Assembly: GCA_951406725.2 (NCBI GenBank)
Contig: OX597825.1
Location: 36,642,001-36,706,000, forward strand
Length of the DNA: 64,000 bases
Direction of reading: 5' to 3'
From: Octopus vulgaris
Lineage: Eukaryota
How positions within the stretch are numbered: the stretch's first letter is position 1; every line of letters begins with the position of its first letter. The notes beneath the pieces are model-generated. The model was given only the letters and a program-made list of their open reading frames with translations, ran no database searches and was not told the DNA's origin. The position numbers and the translations under genes are program-made. This document shows, piece after piece, positions 25,763 to 40,208 of this stretch.

Positions 25763-27020
25763 CGAAATTGAACCGATCCTATGACTGGCACCTGGCAGTT
25801 GCCAGGACCGCTGGACTGACTCCTGTGCAGGTGGCAAGTGAAGAAACACCATTTCGACCAACATCAAAATCAATGGAAACTGCAGTTGTGATCCCTGTGC
25901 CGGTGGCACATAAAAAGCACCATCCGAATCGTGGCCGATGCCAGTGCCGCCTTGACTGGCTTCCGTGCCGGTGGCATGTAAAATGTACCAATCCAATCGT
26001 GGCCGTTGCCAGCCTCACCTGGCACCTGTGCAGGTGGCACGTAAAAAGCACCTACTACACTCACAGAGTGGTTGGCATTAGGAAGGGCATCGAGCTGTAG
26101 AAACACTGCCAGATCAGACTGGAGCCTGGTGCAGCCTTCTGGCTTCCCAGATTCCCGGTCGAACCATCCAACCCATGCTAGCATAGAGAACGAACGTTAA
26201 ACGATGAATAATAATAATAACAATTATCCTTTCTGCTGTAGGCACAAAGCCTGAAATTTTGGGGCAGGTGATGGTCAATCACATTGACCTCAGTACTTGA
26301 CTGGTACTTAATTTATCGACCCTGAAAGGATGAAAGGTAAAGTTAACCTCAGCGAAATTTGAACTCAGAACATAGCAACAGGTGAAATCACGCTAAGCAT
26401 TTCATCCAGCGTGATAACAATTCTGCTAGCTCGCTGCCTTAATAATAATAAATATTTCTACTCTAGACACAAGGCCTTGAAAATTTTGGGGGAAGAGGGC
26501 TAGTCGATTATATCAACCCCAGTACATAACTGGTACTTATTTCATCGGCCCCGAAAGGATGAAAAGCAAAGTTGCCCTCAGCAGAATTTGAACATAGTGA
26601 TGGGTGAAACACTGCTAGGCATTTCTTCCAGCGTGCTAACGATTCTGCCAGCTCGCTGTCTTAATAATAATAATAATAATAATAATAATGATAACAGTAG
26701 TTTTGTTTTAATTGCCTCAAGGACAACAGATGAAGAGATGTTACATGGATAGGTTCAGATTGCAATCAAATGAAATGAAAAGTAATGGTATACACTATAT
26801 ACTGGTTTCAAATTTTGGCACAAGGCCAGCAATTTCTAGGCAGGGGATAAGTTGATTACAGCAACCCCAGTGCACAACTGATACTAATTTTATCGACCCC
26901 CAAAAGGATGAAAGGTAAAGCTGACCTCAGCAAAATTTGAACTCACAATGCAAGGACAGATGAAATGCCGCTAAGTATTTTGCCTGGTGTGCTAATGATT
27001 CTGCCAGCTTGTTGCCTTGG
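23995..27020 (-). repeat. Head-to-tail arrays of family A SINEs (about 8 units) with a nested family C copy
   Basis: Units start at about 24000, 24240, 24460, 24715, 25470, 26225, 26450 and 26805, all in the same orientation and often joined by (AAT)n. A similar pair is at 33720-34140. Confidence 0.85.
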
Positions 27021-27523
27021 TATACATAGCATATTAGATATGGTAATGCCTTTAAAGAAGAACTTCCATGGGAGACCATACAAGAAGCCCCACAGATCCA
27101 GAATTACCATGACCAATAAACTGTATTCTTTGGCTTACAGGTGTATACTGAGAGTAAGTCTGTTCACCTAAGCTATACTCACAGCTCTTACCCACCTTTC
27201 AATTCAATAAATTAACTGGAAGAAGGAAGCACTTCTCTCTCTTTCTTCACCTTTATATTTTCTTTTCCAAGTGGAACTTATAAAAGCCACCGACGCCACA
27301 CTCAGAGCAGATTACAGAAATACATGTGAGTAGCCTTCCTTAGATGGAAGATTTATTTGCATGATGGTCACAAATCACTGGATTAAGAGGTGCTACACAC
27401 ATCAATGAGGCCATGATTCTGGGATACTTGCATTCATCTTCAGGAATCTTAGCAGTGTTCTTAGGAACACTCCATTCTTTAGTACTAGTGGGAAACTGGA
27501 ATATCAGTACAGCCAAATGTGTG

Positions 27524-27583
<60 letters not shown>

Positions 27584-28066
27584 TACTTGGAAATGGATGT
27601 GTGGCATTCAATTAAATAATAATATAAATGTTATATATATATATATATATATGCATATATGAGTACCGGATGTCACCAACAGTAAACATGAAATACAAAA
27701 ACAAATGAGTTAAATATGCAAATAATGACAGAAAAAAAGGACAAGTAATACAAAGAATGACCCTTCATCAGTTGTCGGCAGTCTATCTACTCCCCATTTT
27801 GAACAATCAACAACAATATAAGTCTTTGAAGACAGTTGCTCCCATACACACCAAAATAAAATTTTGAATTGATCGAGGGTCAAAGTTAGGAACAAAAACA
27901 GGACAGTGGAGACATACAGGGAAACTGAATGAAAACAAACAAGGAGAGTCGTTAGACCTGAATGAGGGGAAAATAGGGAATGCTGAAAGATATATTTATA
28001 TTATATGCGTGTGTGTGTGTATGTATGTTTATATATATTATGTATATGTATGTGTGTGTATGTATG

Positions 28067-28117
<51 letters not shown>

Positions 28118-29460
28118 ATGTATATATATATATGTATGTGTGTGTATATATATATATATATGTGTCTGTATGTATATTCATTTGTTTTACAGCCATTTTT
28201 CTATGCCTGCATGGACTGGACATTGGCTGAATATGTTGTGGCATCGTTTTACAGCCAGATGCTCTTCTTCACACTAACCCCTTAGATGCTTTTCAAATAA
28301 GAGGTCACTTATTCCACATGGCTTTTAAGAGACAAAGCCCTCGGATGATTTGTTGATAGAACAAAGTGATAACAACATGGCTCACTGCACTTTCAGTGAA
28401 AGCAATAGCAGATGTAGACAAACACATGCATGCACACACACACACAATACTCTTATTTCATTCTTTCAGTTTCCACTTAGCAAATCTACTCATAAGGCTT
28501 TGTTTGCCAGGGGCCATTGTAGAAAACACCTAAGATGCTGTACACTGGGCTTGAACTCAAACCCACATTGTCAGGAAGCAAATTTCTCAACCACACGGCC
28601 ATACCTGCACACATACACAACTTCATATATATAAATACACACAATTTCTTAGTTGATCTCGATGCAATAAATGGAAAGGAGAAGAAATGAGATTACGTGG
28701 TGTTCATACATTTCTCCGATTCATCTAACCTCCCTGCTTCATCACTTTAAATCCATATCCTTTCTGTAGCATAAATGAGATAGTTTATAGTCACTGCTAA
28801 AGCAATGATTTCTTTTTTTCTTACAGCTAGAAGCCCTTCTTTACCATTAATCACGGAACCATGAAAGAAAGTAAACGAAGAGAAATAGTGACAAGCCAAG
28901 AATCCAATCTGGATTATAGACTCAGCTATCTCGGAGCTTACTTCTAGTGAACTATGATTCTACAGTAAGAGACAACATTATTGATTTCATACTTAGACAG
29001 AAAGCAGGTTTAGAAGCTGATGATGGCAGTAGTGGCTGTAAGGGTGATCAAGGGGTCATTGTATTTCTTAAAGGCATTGATGGTGAGTAAGTAGAGTGAC
29101 ATCAAATGCTAGTGAAAAAGTGAATTCTGCACATGGCTTCTATGTTGTGGGAAGTTTACACTCTCTCCCGACCCCCCTCTCTCTGTATGTTCTTTTATTC
29201 ATATATCCTTTTACTTCTTTCAGTCATTTGACTGTGCCCATGATGGAGCATCACCTTGAACGGTTTCGTTTTAGGCAAAGAAATTGAGCCCAAGACTTAT
29301 TGTTTGTCAGCCCTGTACTTACTCTATCAGTCTCTTTTGCCAAACTGCTAAGTTATGGAGATGTAAACACACCAACATTAGTTGTAAAGCAATAGTGATG
29401 AGGACAAACACAGACACAAACACACACACACATAAATATATATATATATATATATATATA

Positions 29461-29770
29461 TGGAGGCGCAATGGCCCAGTGGTTAGGACAGCAGACTCAT
29501 GGTTGTAGGATCGTGGTTTCGATTCTCAGACCGGGCGTTGTGAGTGTTTATTGAGCGGAAACACCTAAAGCTCCACGAGGCTCTGGCAGGGGGTGGTGGC
29601 AATCCCTGCTATACTCTTTCACCACAACTTTTTCTCACTCGTTCTTCTGTTGGCATGCTCGCTTAGCCAGTGGGGTGGCATCATTTGAAGGCTCAAACAA
29701 TGCGAAGAGCATTGTGACCAGCGATGTGTAGCAACATCTGATAGCCTGGTTGGTCACAGTGATCACGGTG
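29461..29770 (+). mobile_element. tRNA-derived SINE family D
   Basis: Head GGAGGCGCAATGGCCCAGTGGTTAGG...GGTTTCGATTC. The same head occurs reversed at about 47330-47711 with a different 3' body. Confidence 0.8.
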
Positions 29771-30566
29771 CTATATATACATATATATGACAAGCCATGT
29801 CTCACTTGACCTGCTTCTCGATAAAAGTTTCCTATACCTGATCAAGTGAGTCCCTTGTTTTGTTAAGACTTTATAACTGAAAGTATAACTTGGAGGGGAT
29901 TTGGTTGCTATTACTGATAGGTTAAACAATCCCGTAAATGTTCCATTATTGACTCATGGGACTGGAAAATGATACTTTGTTTATCTCAAAGGGAAGTGGA
30001 AACGATTTTTTTCACACTGACACGAGGCTTTTACTTTGGCTGGCTTCCGTTCCGGTGGCACGTTAAAAGCACCAACGGATCGTGGCCGATGCCGGACTCC
30101 CCTGGCACCTGTGCAGGTGGCACGTAAAAAGCACCCACTACACTAGCGGAGTGGTTGACATTAGGAAGGGCATCCAGCTGTAGAGACACTGCCAGATCAG
30201 ACTGGAGCCTGGTGCAGCCCCTGGCTTCCCAGACCCCGGTCAAACCGTCCAACCCGTGCTAGCGCGGAAAACGGACGTTAAACGATGATGATGATGAACA
30301 GGTACAGTCAACTGAAATGGAGGCCCCTGTAAATCTGTGGTACCAATAAGTACCACACATATACAAGGCCCCTGGTAGGTCAAATGACAAACTATAAAAT
30401 GAAAATATTGATTAACAAAAACATTTAGTCAGATACGTCACCATTTCTAACATAGTCACATGGTTATTGTTCATATTCTGTCCTAGTTCAATCCTGATTG
30501 TTCAGACTTATGATCAAATATGTTCCAACAGTGACCACCTTGACTTTTTTCTTTTAGGCTCAACAT

Positions 30567-30702
30567 ATAATGGGTGATTCAAAAGTTGCCATACACAAGA
30601 GCAATATTTTTTTTAAAGAAACAGTTTTTTTTTTTTATTTAACTGTTTCTTATAGAAAAACAATTTTTTTCCTATGTATAGTGACTTTGAATCACCCTGT
30701 AT
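30567..30702. mobile_element. Mariner-type MITE
   Basis: TIRs GGGTGATTCAAAAGT / ACTTTGAATCACCCTG followed by TA; internally palindromic. Confidence 0.7.
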
Positions 30703-31299
30703 ATCAACCATATTATCCATTGTACCATTTTCCCAATTGAAAATGGTAGGGAGTGGCTCAATGGAGATTTGACTGCTATTCCTAGCAGCTCAAGCAACCA
30801 TGTAGCAATACTTTAGTTTCTTTTGATGGTTTGAAGGCATAAGCTTGTTGTTGTTGTTAATGTTTAGATCTAAGAAGTCCTGAACAAGTAAACCTATTGT
30901 CAATGATATTCCAAATGTGACCATCCCATCTTTCTATGTTCAAGGAATTCAGGATGAGATTATTTAATTTAAAGGTGTGGGCATGATTGTGTGGTAAGAA
31001 GCTTGCTTCTCAAGCACATGGTTCAGGGTTCAGTCCCACAACATGGCAACTTGGGCAAGTTTCTTCTACTATAGTATCAGGCTGACCAAAGCCTTGTGAG
31101 TGGATTTGATACATGGAAACTGAAAGAAGTCCATTATATATATATATTAGGAAGGGCATACTCATGTTAGGAAGAGCATCCAGGTGTAGAAACTCTGCCA
31201 GATCAAGATTGGAGCCTGGTGCAGCCATCTAGTTTGCCAGTCCTCAGTTAAATCGTCCAACCAATGCTAGCATGGAAAGCAGATGTTAAACGATGATGA

Positions 31300-31349
<50 letters not shown>

Positions 31350-34300
31350 ATCTCACATCAATGCTTAACAACTAATGTTGTATTTACATTCCTGTAACTT
31401 AGCAGTTCAGCAAAAGTGACTGATAAAATACGTATCAGACCTTAAAAAACAAAAAAATATTGGGGTTGATTCAATCGATTCAGTCTAGCGATTGAAACAA
31501 GTAAAAGATAAATAGATATCCTTTTATCAAGATGGTAAGGTGTAACATGAGGAAGATCTGGCTGTTATTTCTAGCAGGCAAAGCATCTATTTACATAACA
31601 GTTTACACACTCCACAAACACTTGACTGGTATCCATGCAGTGGCATGGATACCAGTCAAGTACTGGATATCAAGAAGAGAACTCTCAATGTTATTGTTAT
31701 ATAGATGATGGTGGAGGCTTCAATAATGGCTCTTGTTACTGGACTAGTATTAGTTTTAATAATGGGGAAGGAGGAGGGGAATAAGATTGGCTGGAGCAAA
31801 AGGAAGAGATGATGAAACTAACTGAAGAAAAAGAGAAAGAGGAGGAACGAGAGAGAGAATGAGTGATAGATCAAGAGATAGAGAGGGACAGAAAAGGAAG
31901 AAAGGACCAATGATAGCAGAATCATGGTAAATGTTAAGAGTTGCTATAATCATATAATAATTATTAACCAACTACTGACAACTACTCCTCCCTACCTCTC
32001 ACAGTCGCTTCTGTCCCCCATCTCCCACTTGAATCCCATTATGGTTCTGAAGTAAATATTTGTCACTTTGGTTACAGTCAAATTCCAAATGACATTTTCT
32101 GCAGCTGAAAGACATCATTAAATACATCACTTCAAGTCATGGATATTTCTTCTGCTGATTGCCAACTTCTCTATTGATTATTACACATAGGCTTGCAAGG
32201 CCCTAAATAGCTGCTCAAGCTGCTAAAAACAGCAGCCAGATCTCACTCAAATTGAAACCTACAAACTGAAAATAATGACAAGTACTGGCTAATACTGCCC
32301 TAGGTATTCTATGCCTAATAATAACAATTAAAAAAAGGGACAAACAAAAATCTCTGGTAGGCTATGGAACGTCTTTTTTTCCTGTTTTTTGAAGGTTTTC
32401 TCATTTATAACTGATCTGGGTGTTTAATGTCGAAAACAACAACAACAACACACTGATACAACACAGAAACTTTACAACAGTAAATTGCTGGTGTATAATG
32501 TATCATTATATTTAGCCCTATGTCAGTTCTGATCAAGCAGATATAATCAAAAGCATTCCAGCCTTGCCCACCACATTATGGATATGGTTATAGATAGTGG
32601 TGAAAGAACACAGAAAACCCAACACTGCAGCCATTAAAATATGTCATCTAATACTACAGATATTAAGGTACAAAATAAACTAACATCAATATAATGACTG
32701 GCCCACTGCTACAGAATCTAGAGGGCAATGATCTGAGAAAGCCATTAAAGCACAATGACTTAACAGCTCATATATGGGTGTAGTAACCTAGCATAGATGA
32801 CACTACAGCACAATGACGAAATTGTTGACACTACAGAGTATAAAGAAAAAATCCTCCAACAATATTGACAAAGAACATTTCAGTTGTTCATTCAACTGTA
32901 TCATCTGCATGTTCATTGAAATGTAAGAGGTTAAGTGTTTTGCAGGCATTTGTAACATTAATGTAATCCAGAGGCAGTATCAGTGTAGTAAGGCTGGCCT
33001 TTTGAAGTATTATTAGGTACAGTCTGTCTGAAAAGCTTTCACATAGTCTGTCTACACAGTTTAACTCACAGAGTTTTGATTGACTTGAGACTGGTAAAAG
33101 ACACTGGCTGAAGTAAGGTCTAAGCTAACAACTTCACCAAGCCTGTCTCTATTACAGAGTACAGTGAAATGAAAGCAACTAAGTTTGACCCATAATTCAT
33201 CATCATCCTCGTCATCATCCTTTAATATTCTCTTTTCCATGCTTGCATGAGTAAGAAGGAATTTGTTGATGCAGATTTTCTATAGCCAGATGTCCTTCCT
33301 AATGCTAATTATCACCTCTTTCCAATCCAAACGAGATAATTTCCCCATGGCCAGACAGGTTTTTCACGAATGACTAGGAACAAACAGCATCATTTGTATG
33401 ACAATGTTACAACCACGATGTCAAGACAAGGACACACACACACACACACACATGTAAGATAGGCTTCCCACAAGGTCTTGGTTAACCTTAGGCTATAGCA
33501 GAAGATACTTGCTTAAAGTGCCATACAGTAAGACTGAAACTGAAACATGGTTGGAAAGTAAGCTTCTCAACCACACAGCCACAGCTGTACATATTTTAAT
33601 GGGCAAATATTTATCATATTAGGTTCATATATAAAGAAACTGGTGTCCCACAAAAAAAAAAAAAGAAAAACCCTCCAAAGGTGGTGGTATTATTAATAAT
33701 TATAATAATAATAATAATAATAATCCTTTCTACTAAAGGCACAAGGCTTGAAATTTTGGGGGAGGGGACCTGTTGATTACAGTGACCCCAGTGTTTCACT
33801 GGTGCTTAATTTACTGACCCTGAAAGGATGAAAGGCAAAAACAACTTCGGTGGAATTTGAACTCAGAACATGAAGATAGGCAAAACACCACTAAGCATTT
33901 TGCCTGGCACGCTAATGATTCTGCCAGTTTGCCACCTTCAATAATAATAATACTTTCTACAATGGGAATAAGGCCTGAAATTTTGGGGGAGGCGTTAAGT
34001 CGATTACATCAATCCCAGTATGCAACTGGTACTTAATTTATTGACTCTGAAAGGATGAAAGGCAAAGTTGACCTCGGTGCAATTTGAACTCAGACAGTAC
34101 ATGATGATAAGCATTTTACCTGGCATGCTAATAAGAATAATAATAATACTCTTTACTCTTTTACTTGTTTCAGTCATTTTGACTGTGGCCATGCTGGAGC
34201 ACTGCCTTTAGTCGAGCAAATCGACCACAGGACTTATTCTTTGTAAGCCTAGTACTTATTCTATTGGTCTGTTTTGCTGAATCGCTAAGTTACGGGGACA

Positions 34301-37300
34301 TAAAAACACCAGCATTGGTTGTCAAGCGATGTTGGGGGGACAAACACAGACACACAAACATATACATATATATGACGGGCTTCTTTCCGTTTCCGTCTAC
34401 CAAATCGTCAATGCTGTGCCCCAGCATGGCCATAGTGTAATGACTGAAACAAGTAAAATAAAAAAAAACCACACATACACAGACTGAGTGAGAGAGAGAG
34501 AGAGTATGTGAGCATGCGTGTAAAGTGAAAAGAGAAATAGCAGATGCGTGTGTGTGTGAGTACGTACAGAAGTAGCTACTACAATAGTACATATAGCATG
34601 ATTCCTGTATTTTAATTAGTAATTTTTAAAACGAATTATTTCGTCATCTGAAAAATTTACAAAGTGAAAATAACTAGAAATAATTTCTGGTATGCAGACA
34701 CACACATACACACACTATATACATAAACATGTACACTACGCTGATACCCACTTGCAACTCTCTCTTTCTCTCACACACACACACACACGTAGCCAAACAA
34801 TAGGTTAAAGTTTTGCTAATACTAGAAACTATTAGATGTTCTCTCAAATTTCACTTCCAGTGATTTTCCTTTTTTTTTCTTTTTTACTATTTAATTGGAA
34901 TGTTCAAGCAGAAGGGACCTATGCTCATGGCTTTCTTAAGCCCTCAGAGACTAGTAAGAACGATGCCATTAACATTTCTTTTGGGCACAGTGACGGCTGC
35001 AAGAAAACCATATTATAGGGAATGGAATTTCAGAGTGCTACCATTTTGAGGCAAAAGGAATGTTTATAATGGATGGCATGAAACCTAGAGTATGGATACA
35101 ATACGGATAATTAAAAGAGGAGAGACAAGGTGACTGCAGTCATCATCATCATCATTATTTTAATATCTACTATTCTGTGTTTGCATGGATTGGACAAAAT
35201 TTGTTGACGTAGATTTCCTATTTCTTTTCTTTCTTTTACTTGTTTCAGTCATTTGACTGCGGCCATGCTGGAGCACCACCTTTAGTCGAGCAAATCGACC
35301 CCGGGACTTATTCTTTGTAAGCCCAGTACTTACTCTATCGGTCTCTTTTTGCTGAACCGCTAAGTGACGGGGACGTAAACACAACAGCATCGGTTGTCAA
35401 GCAATGCTAGGGGACAAACACAGACACACAAACACACACACATACATATATATATATATACATATATACGACAGGCTTCTTTCAGTTTCCGTCTACCAAA
35501 TCCACTCACAAGGCATTGGTTGGCCCGGGGCTATAGCAGAAGACACTTGCCCAAGATGCCCCGCAGTGGGACTGAACCCGGAACCATGTGGTTGGTTAGC
35601 AAGCTACTTACCACACAGCCACTCCTGCGCCTATGGCCAGATGCTCTTCCTGTCGCTAGCCCTTGCCTGTTTCCAAACTAGGTAATATTTACCCCATGAC
35701 CAGATATGTTTTCATGGAAGACTGGAAATAAAGGCCACCACTTTCATGATGGCAACACACATTTACAAACATCAGGTAATGTCAGGCCAAGGAGACAGTA
35801 ACACATACACACATAAATATACATATAACACCCACAAACATACACACACACATATATGATGGTCTTCTTTCAGTTTCCATCAACTAAATCCATTTACAAT
35901 GTTGTCCAAAGCAATGGGACTGGAGCTGATACCAACTGGTTGTAAAGCAAAGCACTTAGCACATACATAGCAATGCCTGTGCCAGTAATAGTGATATAAA
36001 ATGCAGAGAGAAAGGAGACAATATTCCTGTGAACCAGTGGCTGGAGAATGTTGGTGAGCAACTTCAAGTCAAACAATCATTCTCTGGAGATAGTCTTGCA
36101 TGCCTGTAGGAGCTGTATTCCAATGAGGCTGTCACCTCAATTTTGTACAGAGTTAGTGGTCTTTAGAGGGAGGAGGTTAAATTATTTTAATTGCATCGAC
36201 TGGCCTCCGTGCTGTGGGCACGTAACAAACACCATCCGATCGTGGCCGTTCGCCAGCCTCGTCTGACACCTGTGTCGGTGGCACATAAAATCACCCACTA
36301 AACTCTCGGAGTGGTTGGCGTTAGGAAGGGCATCCAGCTGTAGAAACACTGCCAGATCTGACTGGCCTGGTGCAGCCTTCGGGCTCCCCAGACCCCAGTT
36401 GAACTGTCCAACCCATGCTAGCATGGAAAGCGGACGTTAAACGATGATGATGATGAATAATAATAATAAAACATTGTGTACAGTGCTCAGGTGCACTACA
36501 ACTCATCTAAAGTGTATGTATAGTACATAGGGTAATGTACAAGCGTCAGGAAAAGAACAGTGCATGAGTCATGACAAACTTTGCCAAACTTTGTGAAGCC
36601 AAACTTTGTGAAGCGGTCTATGTTGAGGATATGTATTCACCAGGAGAGATCTTCAATGATGGTGCGATCAAGCATTTGAAGGACCGTGAGGGTCCTAGTG
36701 CTGTGTTGCTCATTGGCTAAATTTCAAAGCCATATAGCAAATGGTGAGACCAAATACTTGGTAGATGCAAATTCTGCAAATTCTTGTAGCTAGAGCAAAG
36801 GCAGTTTAGAAAATAACGGAATGCAGTGTATGCTTATTTGATGTGAACATTTCATCTTTGCCCAGGCCCATGTCAGTGAAGGTAGTGCCAAAGTACTTGC
36901 TGTGATCAACCAATTCCAGAACCATGCCACTGAATATAACGGATGAAATAAGTGTGCAAGATGCAAGTGGATATGATCTTGGATTTGGCCGCATTGATTT
37001 TCATGAGGTTCACTGCATTACATATTTGCAATTGAACAACTGCTATTAGGAAGGTTGTTGGCTGAATTTCTAGTTGAATATGTGAATTATACCAACATAC
37101 TGGACCTGGAAGCTAGTCAGGTCACACATGATAGAGAGGAAATTATTGTTCAGCCAGGCAAACTGAGATAATGAGTAAGCAAATTTACCACCCCTGCTCA
37201 CACACCACCAACCCCTTTTATAAAATTAATTGCATAATTAGAATTGGAAGGTCATTATCTCTGATTCTGGAATGGTGATCAGAAGGAAGTTATCTTCATA

Positions 37301-38340
37301 CTGGTTAACTTGCTAAAGGCATCCTACAATTGGGTGGTAGTATTAAATCAGACAACAGATTAAACCTTACACTATTTTGATAGGGGACACAACAAAATAC
37401 TTGTAGTTGCTGCATTATAGACCCAAGATAGTAGTGTATAATTTAGCTGTTATCTCCAGTCAGTTGAATAATCATGTGGAAGCTTCCTTGTTGTTTTATA
37501 CAGTTGTAGTAGGATTGAAATGGTTAGTAATCCATTATAGCGCTTCAATTGGATTACTGTCATCATCTTTATCGTCATTTTATTATCTACAAAGTGTGTT
37601 GGAGCAGAATTTTTCCAGGTTGGATGCCTTTCCTGCAGCCAACCTCCATGTGTTTCCAGTCTATTGAACAACAAACAGTCTGTACATGTTTACAAAGAGA
37701 AAAGGCAACAAAACACAATGAAATAACCAGTTCATTTACAAAGATCATGCAACAAGTCAAGATATGCCATCAAGAAGGCCAGAATGTCTTTGTAGTGGAC
37801 TGCAAGCTAATGATACCATTAGCAAAGGCTTTGCTTACAACCAGCAAACATGTGTAGATTTGAGAAACACTAACTCAATCTTCGCTCTCTCTCTTTTACA
37901 CACATACACACACACAATGCCACCACCACAAATGCTCACACCACTGGCAGAAGTTGGACAGTTAGACAGGATCTGACAAGCCCAAGGGCTGCATTGGTCT
38001 CCAAAGTGTTCTTTGACAAAGTTTACACAACTGGATCCCTTCCTATTACCACCCACTTTACAGAGTGTGCTGGGTGCTTTATGTCATGTGTATATGTATG
38101 TGTGCATGAACATGCACACATACATGATGAGCTTTTCCAGTTTCCATCTACCAAATTCACTCACAAGGCTTCAATTGGTCTAGGGCTGCGATAAAAGACA
38201 CTTGCCCAAAATGCTAAGCAATGAGACTGAATCCCAGACCATATGGTTGGAGAAAAAATTCCTTAACCACAGAACCATATCAGTTCCTTGGAAGACAGAA
38301 AATAATATTTTAAAGTGAGGTAAAACAAACATACTTGACT

Positions 38341-38482
38341 TTATTTAGGTTTTCCATTCAACTCGAAAACTGTCATATCTTCATCATCATCATCTCCCTG
38401 ATCTAATGGTGCCATCTCAAGATCTGATGCAGGGGTGGTTATAATTCCATATTTCTTGGATTTGCTTCGACGCCGTCGTAAC
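38341..38482 (-). CDS. FAM174: C-terminal coding exon of a FAM174-family (DUF1180) single-pass membrane protein
   Basis: After acceptor TTGCTTCCATTCAG| (phase 2): (R)LRRRRSKSKKYGIITTPASDLEMAPLDQGDDDDEDMTVFELNGKPK*. This matches the FAM174 cytoplasmic tail (basic cluster, KYG, ME+.PL, acidic run, T+F). The upstream signal/TM exon was not found in the window. Confidence 0.88.
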
Positions 38483-39988
38483 CTGAATGGAAGCAAATAT
38501 AGAAGGCCATTAATAATAATATTCATATTGTACAACTTTTCCCTTTAAAGCTAACTGGAAATTAATGGACCTGTTTTGGTCTCATTAAGATCACCTCAGT
38601 GAAATATTTTATTAATTCAGTTAGCAAGATTAAGATGTGACCATTTTACATAAAAACAGAGGATAAGAATGGATGTTGATTATGAACATCAACAACAGAG
38701 CTAGAGGAAAATATTTGGTGTAGCAGATTGCATAATAAATATGATAGAATTTTACATATGTAACATAGTGACATAAAGATCTTTGATTAACTGAGATTAT
38801 CCTTGCGATTTGTAGTCAAAAATTCCCTCCAGTTCTATTTAAAACCCCCAGCACTTGTTAACATTTGTTCTGTTAACCCAGGTCACATCTACTTACAGAC
38901 ACAGCTTGACCCTTTAGCATTTAAACTGGCCGTATCTGGCCCAAATATTCTACCGGTTTTATGATCAAGCAGGTCAGATCCAAACTCTCACACCTACCCT
39001 ACAAAGGCATTCTAAAAATAAACAATCTCACCATCAAAATTTCGAAGATATGAGATAATGCACGAATAATTCAAAACCATGTGAATAAATAAGCACTGAA
39101 TTTGATGGAGTAATCTGTATATAATGACATTCTACTCCTGTTACACTTACATAATTTTTCGCTTTATATATACCAACTCACATGCACACACTAAGTGCTG
39201 ATTTTGCATGCATATGCATACTTAGATGATATTGATTTGGATTCCCTGCATGTAAGGGGATGAGACGGTCATGGATGGAATGCCATTGATCATCAGTCTA
39301 CTTGAGCAGGGTTGAGCTGAAGCTCAACAACAACAATAGTATCTGTACATATACAAAAACAGACGTAGGCAAGATACAGAAATATGCACACATATTTTGA
39401 AGGCCGTGAGCTGGCAGAAACACTAGCATGCCAGGCAAAATGCTTTGTGGTATTTCGTCCACCGCTGCATTCCGAGTTCAAATTCTGCTAAGGTCGACTT
39501 TGCTTTCATCCTTTCGGGGGTCGATAAATTAAGTACCAGTTACGCACTGGGGTCGATGTAATTGACTTAATCCGTTTGTCTGTTCTTGTTTGTCCCCTCT
39601 ATGTTTAGCCCCTTGTGAGCAATAAAGAAATAAGAAATATGTACACATGCGCACACACATATAGACATATGCAGATGTAGGCAAAACACATGCAGATACA
39701 CATACAGCACATATATACAAGCACAGCATGTGCACACACACCAAGACATATACACATAGGCAGGACACATTCAACTATGATAGTCAGTTCTTGCAGCCAT
39801 CTAAACTTTTGAACTTACTGTTGTGTATTTACACAATTTGTGTTGTATTTACGACACAAGTCGAACACAAATAGACACATATGCAGATGTTGTAAATACA
39901 ACACAAATCTCTCTTAAATCACAGCCTAAAGAAATTTTTAAAAGTGAAGGACACTTAGAGGATATATATATATATCATCATCGTTTAA

Positions 39989-40208
39989 CCCTTTAATGTT
40001 CAGATTACTCTGTTAAATGTAATACTTTTCCACTCAAATTGTTTTGAATTAATCATGCATTACCTTATAGCTTTGAGGTTTCAATGATGTGATTGTTTAT
40101 ATTTAGAATGACATTGTCGGGTAGGTGTGAGAGGCTAGATATTGCCAGTTTGAATATAAAACATGTAGAATATCTGGGCCAGATATGGCTGGTTTAAACA
40201 CTAAAGGG
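39989..40208. mobile_element. piggyBac-like MITE (~220 bp) with TTAA target duplication
   Basis: TTAA|CCCTTTA...TAAAGGG|TTAA (TTAA at 39985-39988 and 40209-40212). Other copies at about 8388-8605, 38907-39120, 46545-46770, 47720-48095, 54095-54295 and 62595-62799. Confidence 0.82.

Noticed and set aside
27661-27990. Repeat-like segment with minus-strand CTGATGAAGGG, a possible further hammerhead
   Set aside because: No stem II plus GAAA arrangement can be built around it in this copy.
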